Part shown: piece after piece, positions 59,124 to 64,000 of the stretch
How positions within the stretch are numbered: the first letter of the stretch is position 1
How the letters are laid out: every line of letters begins with the position of its first letter
Assembly: GCA_040901675.1 (NCBI GenBank)
Contig: JBBDYJ010000025.1
Location: 191,943-255,942 of the forward strand
DNA length: 64,000 nt
Direction of reading: 5' to 3'
DNA from: Pirellulales bacterium
Lineage (GTDB): Bacteria; Planctomycetota; Planctomycetia; Pirellulales; JAICIG01
Translations under genes and position numbers: made by a program
Notes under the pieces: model-generated
Databases searched by the model: none
What the model saw: the letters and a program-made list of their open reading frames with translations, nothing else
What the model was told of the DNA's origin: nothing

Positions 59124-60724
59124 TGTATTACCTGACGCAGTTCTTCTACATTCTGTTCACGCCGCTGCGGCTGTTGTTCACGTCGCCGCAGAAGCTGATC
59201 GCCACGCCCCGCAAGCTGCTGGGGCTGTCGCTGCCGGCGCGGGCGGCGATTCTGCTGGCGCTGTTCTTGATCGTGTGCGTGGTGGCGGCCTGCACGATCT
59301 TGTACCTGAACCGCGACACGTACGACCTGCCGTGGTGGCGGAACCTGCCGATCATCCTGGTGCTGATGATCGTGATCCCGGTCGTGACGTACATGGCGCT
59401 GCGCTTGTGGCTGGAAGGGGGCGTCTCGGAGTTCGAAGACATCGACCGGGCGTGGAAGGCGGGCGTCGCCGAGCTGGAGCGGCAGGGGCTGGACATGACG
59501 CAGATCCCGCTGTTCCTGGTGGTCGGCTCGTCGAGCCCGCGGCAGGAAAAGGCGCTGTTCGAGGCGTCGCGGCTGGAGTTGTCGGTGGGCAATGTGCCGG
59601 CGGGCCCGGCGGCGCTGCACTGGTATGCCAACCCGGACGGCATCTGGCTGGTGGCCAGCGACGTGGGATCGCTGAGCAAACTGTCGAGCCTGGGTGAGTC
59701 GGCCGCCGAAGCACGAGGGAGCGAGGGGGCCAGGAGGCGAGGGGGCCAGGAGGCGGACGAGGACGGGGGAGGCGATATTCGGCAGACGATGAAGGCGGGC
59801 GCGCCGGCCCCCGCGGCGCCCGCCGCCCGGTCGGTGGCCCAGCCGAACATCCGGGGAACCATGGTCATCCGCCAGACGATGGACCCCAGCGAGGCGCCGG
59901 CGGCGGCCCCGCTGGAAAAGCGGCATATCAAGCTGTCGCGCGATGAAGTCGAATCGCAGCCAAAGCGGCTCGAGTACCTGTGCAAGTTGATCCGGCGGGC
60001 GCGGCAGCCGCTCTGCCCCGTGAACGGCGTGATGACGCTGCTGCCGTTTCACGTGATCCAATGGGGGGCGGCCGAAGGCGTCGAGGTCCAAAAGGCGGTC
60101 CGCAGCGACCTGACGACGCTGGGCCGCTCGTTCAAGCTGCGGTTTCCCGTGACGGCCCTGGTCGTGGGCCTGGAGACCGAAACGGGTTTTCAGGAGCTGG
60201 TGCGGCGGGTAGGCCGCGATCGGGCCAGGGCGCAGCGGTTCGGCAAGGGATTCGGCGTGTGGGATCCGACGACGCCGGAACAGCTCGAAGCGCTGGGGGC
60301 GCATGCGTGCGGCGCCTTCGAAGACTGGGTATACACGCTGTTCCGCGAGCCGGAGGCGCTGGAGAAGCCCGGCAACACCAAGCTCTACGCGATGCTGTGC
60401 AAGATCCGCCGCACGCTGCAGTCGCGGCTCGACGGCATCTTGGTGGGCGGCTATGCGCACGACCCGGAGCAAGGTCAGCGGGCCGACTGGGTGCTGGTGG
60501 GCGGCTGCTATTTCGCGGCGACGGGCGACAACGAGGAGCGGCAGGCCTTCGTCAAAAGCGTGTTCGAGAAGCTGCCCGAGCAGCAGGAAGAGTTGGAGTG
60601 GATGGAGGAGGCGCTGGCCGAGGACCGGCGCTATCGGCGGATGGCCTACGTGGGCTTCGCCATCAACGGCCTCTTGATGGCGGCATTAGCCACGCTGGTG
60701 TGGATGAAGCTGAGGGGAGAATAG
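59123..60724 (+). CDS. tssM: TssM/IcmF N-terminal-domain protein lacking the periplasmic part
   Basis: two N-terminal TMs, PLFLVVG, RQPLCPVNGV, FPVTALV, GCYF, final TM at the stop codon; TGATG coupling to tssL. Confidence 0.75.
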   Translation: MYYLTQFFYILFTPLRLLFTSPQKLIATPRKLLGLSLPARAAILLALFLIVCVVAACTILYLNRDTYDLPWWRNLPIILVLMIVIPVVTYMALRLWLEGGVSEFEDIDRAWKAGVAELERQGLDMTQIPLFLVVGSSSPRQEKALFEASRLELSVGNVPAGPAALHWYANPDGIWLVASDVGSLSKLSSLGESAAEARGSEGARRRGGQEADEDGGGDIRQTMKAGAPAPAAPAARSVAQPNIRGTMVIRQTMDPSEAPAAAPLEKRHIKLSRDEVESQPKRLEYLCKLIRRARQPLCPVNGVMTLLPFHVIQWGAAEGVEVQKAVRSDLTTLGRSFKLRFPVTALVVGLETETGFQELVRRVGRDRARAQRFGKGFGVWDPTTPEQLEALGAHACGAFEDWVYTLFREPEALEKPGNTKLYAMLCKIRRTLQSRLDGILVGGYAHDPEQGQRADWVLVGGCYFAATGDNEERQAFVKSVFEKLPEQQEELEWMEEALAEDRRYRRMAYVGFAINGLLMAALATLVWMKLRGE

Positions 60725-60741
60725 AAAAGGCAGAAGGTCAG

Positions 60742-60764
60742 TAGCCCTCACGCTCCGAGTGAGG
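60742..60764 (+). repeat. GTAG-REP-like hairpin
   Basis: GTAGC-CCTCAC-GCTCCGA-GTGAGG. Confidence 0.55.
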
Positions 60765-60895
60765 TAGCTGAAGTCAGGAGTCAGAAGCCCGAAGGCAGTA
60801 GGACAGGGTTCTTTTGCCTTCCATTCATCGCCCGGAGGGCGGACGCAACGGCGGACGGCGGCATACTGACAACCCACGTACAACGGATACAAGAC

Positions 60896-61303
60896 ATGGC
60901 ACCGGCGTTCGATAGAGAAGGGGCGGGGAGCAGGAAGCGTGACGCGGATGGCGAACGCCGCCAGGAGAAGAGCCCCGGGGCTGAAGGGGCCGTCGATCGG
61001 GGGCTGCTGGAGAAGGTGGTCGAGCAGACGCTGTTGAGCCTGGGAGGCTCCGAACCGCCGGCGCCCGAGGACGTGGCGGCGCTGCGCGAAGTGGTCAGCC
61101 GGCATAGCGGGCGGCGGTTTGGCCTGGACCCGGTGGCCGTCGAAATGGTCGAGGCGGTGCTGCGCGACCAGTTGGAGCAGTTGCGCACGCACCAGTCGCG
61201 GCGGGCGATGGTCGTCGAAATCGCCACCACGCTGTACGAGGATCAGGACTCGCACGATCGCCTGCTGGCGCTGTGGAACAAACTGTCCGAGGCCCAACCA
61301 TGA
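60896..61303 (+). CDS. hypothetical helical protein
   Basis: ATGA overlap with the sigma gene; codon style matches its neighbours. Confidence 0.75.
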   Translation: MAPAFDREGAGSRKRDADGERRQEKSPGAEGAVDRGLLEKVVEQTLLSLGGSEPPAPEDVAALREVVSRHSGRRFGLDPVAVEMVEAVLRDQLEQLRTHQSRRAMVVEIATTLYEDQDSHDRLLALWNKLSEAQP

Positions 61304-61992
61304 CCGAAGCTCGGGCCACGCAGCAGGAACTGATCGAGGGCTGCCAGGGCCTGGTTCGTTCGCTGGCCCGCAAGCTGCACCGGGGGCTGCCCGAGTCGGT
61401 CGAGCTGGACGACCTGGTCGGCTATGGGCAGTTGGGCCTGGCCGAGGCCGCCCGGGATTTTGATCCGGGCCGCGGCGGCAAGTTCAGCACCTACGCCTAC
61501 TACCGGATTCGCGGGGCGATGTACGACGGGCTTTCGAAGATGAGCTGGTTCAGCCGGTCGCGCTACCAGCGGCTCCGTTACGAGCAGCATGCCAATGAGC
61601 TGCTGGCGATGGAGGCCGACGCCGTGGGACCAGGCGAGCCGGGCCGCCTGGAAGACGAGGTGCAGTGGTTGAAGCGGATGGCGAGTGGCCTGGCGGTGGT
61701 CTACCTGGCGACGCAGAGCATGGACGAAGAGTGCGAATCGAGGGAGCTGGTGGACGAGTCGGCCGTATCGCCGCCGGTGGCGTCGATCCAGCGTGAGACG
61801 CACCAGATCCTGCACGACCTGATTGAGGGCCTGCCCGCCGAAGCGCGGACGTTGATCCGCGCCACGTATTTTGAGGGGGTAACGTTGCAGGAGGCCGGCC
61901 GCAGGTTGGGGGTGAGCAAGGCCTGGGCCAGCCGTCTGCACGCCAAGACCCTCGACCGGCTCGCGCAGCGGCTGAGGCAGGCGGGCGGCTGA
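61300..61992 (+). CDS. second FliA/WhiG-like sigma-70 family factor
   Basis: DDLVGYGQLGL, FSTYAYYRIRGAMYDGL, TLQEAG..LGVSKAWASRLH. Confidence 0.9.
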   Translation: MTEARATQQELIEGCQGLVRSLARKLHRGLPESVELDDLVGYGQLGLAEAARDFDPGRGGKFSTYAYYRIRGAMYDGLSKMSWFSRSRYQRLRYEQHANELLAMEADAVGPGEPGRLEDEVQWLKRMASGLAVVYLATQSMDEECESRELVDESAVSPPVASIQRETHQILHDLIEGLPAEARTLIRATYFEGVTLQEAGRRLGVSKAWASRLHAKTLDRLAQRLRQAGG

Positions 61993-62132
61993 AGGAGGAG
62001 GAAATAGCTGGCTGTCATAGGTAAGTCAGCTTCTCCGCACGTGCCGGTCCAATCGCTTTAGGCTGGCACTTCACTCCCGGCTCGACTACGCTTTCATTGG
62101 TTCTGGGCGACAAACAACCGGGAGAAGCAAAC

Positions 62133-62696
62133 ATGGCCAAGGCCGCTGGAAAGTCGAACAAGAGCGCGTTGATCCGTGATTATTTGGCTGCGAAGCCCCA
62201 GGCGAGCGTCGGCGACATTATCTCCAAATTCCAGGAGCGGGGGATCAAGGTCTCGGCCGCGCTGGCCGCGAAGATCAAGTACAATCCGGCTGAAAAGCGG
62301 ATGCGCCAGCGGAAAGCACGCTCAGCGATCAACGGCCAGCGTCGCCGGGGCCGGCCGCCCAAGAGGCGGCTGGAGCGAGGGGGCAAAGCCGACGCCATCC
62401 GGCAGGCTTTTGCCTCTTTGGGAAGAAAGACCCGGCCCAGCGAGGTGGTGACGCACCTGGGGAGCCGCGGGATCACCGTGTCGAGGTCGCAGGTCGCCAG
62501 CGTGCGGAATGCCTTGAGGAAGCGGCGGGCCCGGAAAGCTGCCGGTCGGAAGGGCGCCGCCCGGTCCCCGGCCGCCATCAACGACTCGGTGTCGCTGAAG
62601 GGCTTGATCGGTGCCAAGAAGCTGGCCGAAAAGCTGGGCGGGATCGACGTTGCCCAGCAGGCCATGTCGGCGCTGTCGAAGCTGAAACCAGACTAG
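62133..62696 (+). CDS. highly basic protein with duplicated HTH-like domain and AT-hook-like motif
   Basis: KSALIR..RGIKVS and KADAIR..RGITVS repeats flank RRRGRPPKR; GGAG RBS. Confidence 0.8.
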   Translation: MAKAAGKSNKSALIRDYLAAKPQASVGDIISKFQERGIKVSAALAAKIKYNPAEKRMRQRKARSAINGQRRRGRPPKRRLERGGKADAIRQAFASLGRKTRPSEVVTHLGSRGITVSRSQVASVRNALRKRRARKAAGRKGAARSPAAINDSVSLKGLIGAKKLAEKLGGIDVAQQAMSALSKLKPD

Positions 62697-62940
62697 GACT
62701 AGGGCGCAAGCCGAAACCATGGCGAAAAATTGCTTCGGTCAATGAATCTTGGACGTGGGTGTCGCTCTTTCCATGGGCATAACATTCCACGTGACAACCG
62801 TGATCGCACCCGCCAAGACATTCGTCAGCTAGAGCAACCTCTGCGGTCTCGCCGCACCGCCATTGAGATGGCACGCAGTACGGGCAAACCTGGTCGAGAG
62901 GGCCGAAGATCGGCGCTGGTCGAGCGCGTACCAACGAGCT

Positions 62941-63456
62941 CTATTGTTCTGAGTCGCGACGCTTTCGGCGTTTGCGTTTGGATCGCCTTTCTTGGTCATG
63001 CCGCAATAGCTCGTTGATGAGTTCCTCAGGACCGCGGAAAGTTGTCTGCCGGAGTGCCGCGATTGCATCCGGGAGGGAAAGTAAGCCGCGCTCCGCTGCC
63101 ATCTCGATGACCCCGAGCGTACCTGTAATCAAGATTCCCAGCTTCTGGGCCGCTGCGACGCCATCGCGGTCGTCAATGAGTAAAATGTCGGCATTCAACT
63201 CAAGTGCCAGGGCAATGGCCTCCGCCTCGCCTGGTCCCAATCGGCTGTCACGGAGAGTCGCGGTGGGAGCTTTCACTTCGAGCCACGCTGGCGGAGCGCT
63301 TGCCCAGGTCTTCACCGCGGGTGGCGTTTTCGGACGGGTTAGTTCTACAATGACGGCCGGAGATGTCACAACGCGACCGAACAAGTCGGGCAGAGTATGT
63401 TGCTGCCCGATCAGCACAAAGTAATTCAGGGGAGTAGTGTCGGAGACGACGATCAT
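62941..63456 (-). CDS. DUF3368 PIN-domain toxin
   Basis: VVSDTTPL, LGPGEAEAIALA, LLIDD, GTLGV. Confidence 0.88.
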   Translation of the reverse strand: MIVVSDTTPLNYFVLIGQQHTLPDLFGRVVTSPAVIVELTRPKTPPAVKTWASAPPAWLEVKAPTATLRDSRLGPGEAEAIALALELNADILLIDDRDGVAAAQKLGILITGTLGVIEMAAERGLLSLPDAIAALRQTTFRGPEELINELLRHDQERRSKRKRRKRRDSEQ

Positions 63457-63719
63457 TCGCCGAGAAGTTTACGGAGTCCCGCCAATTGTTGGCTGAATTC
63501 CGCGGGCGTCACAAGGTCTTCCGTGACGTGGTGTTGCTTAAGCAGCGCTTCGGTCTCGAACCGGTCAAGCCCTAAGGCCGTGGCAAGTTGATGATGGGAG
63601 AGCTTGTGCTGGCGGTAAAGCTCGACGAGGGCCGCTTCCTTGGCCGCCGCATCGAGATCAGCCACCTCCTGCCGCAAGTGCATCTCGATGGCGTCGGGCA
63701 ACTGGAATGAGATTGTCAT
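63453..63719 (-). CDS. UPF0175-family antitoxin
   Basis: ALVELYRQHKLS..ALGLDRFE; ATGA overlap with the PIN gene. Confidence 0.85.
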   Translation of the reverse strand: MTISFQLPDAIEMHLRQEVADLDAAAKEAALVELYRQHKLSHHQLATALGLDRFETEALLKQHHVTEDLVTPAEFSQQLAGLRKLLGE

Positions 63720-63851
63720 GCGGCCTGATCTCCTTGAAACCAATGTAGCACAGTGACCAGGCGAGGAGAAGGCAGAAAGACGGAGCAGGAGAGACGCCCG
63801 GGGGGAGGGTCCCTGTTGTCGCCCGTTCTGCTACAACCTCCAGCCAGTTCG

Positions 63852-64000
63852 TCAATGCCGCAGGACTTTTCCCGGCCGGGCGCCCGTGTGGCGGCCGCGG
63901 TCGAGCACGACCGTGCCGTTGACCACGACCCATTCGATCCCTTCGCTGTACTGAAACGGATCGGTATACGTCGAACGGTCGCTGACTTTCTCGGCGTCGA
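63852..64000 (-). CDS. 3' end of an N-acyl-D-amino-acid deacylase/amidohydrolase (runs off the window; not in the ORF track)
   Basis: manual translation DAEKVSDRSTYTDPFQYSEGIEWVVVNGTVVLDRGRHTGARPGKVLRH*. Confidence 0.8.
   Translation of the reverse strand, partial: DAEKVSDRSTYTDPFQYSEGIEWVVVNGTVVLDRGRHTGARPGKVLRH

Overview
GC-rich bacterial chromosome segment whose gene content and repeat style point to a planctomycete (Pirellulales-like; inferred from gene families, not from a marker gene). Left to right: an excisionase-HTH/receiver regulator and histidine kinase before flhA-flhF-flhG-fliA; a Ser/Thr kinase and assorted enzymes; bioB; a secreted DUF11-type protein; rnd; mfnB; dusB; a sufR-nuoB-sufC-sufB-sufD-Rieske-sufT operon; a patatin; a divergent Wzm/Wzt, glycosyltransferase and gmd glycan locus; rny-ymdB; a reduced T6SS module (tssK-tssL-short tssM) ending in a second FliA-like sigma factor; a basic AT-hook protein; and a UPF0175/DUF3368 toxin-antitoxin pair. 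Best leads: (1) an identically spaced sigma-28-like promoter motif, TCAWS-N16-RCCGAWW, before fliA, the DUF11 gene and both arms of the glycan locus; (2) the truncated T6SS module with its own sigma factor; (3) a lone nuoB inside the SUF operon; (4) intergenic palindromic repeats that also sit in frame inside a glycosyltransferase gene and overlap the bioB start; (5) a structured RNA candidate upstream of rny. No tRNA, rRNA, CRISPR array or transposase was recognised. All product calls come from motif recognition, not database searches.
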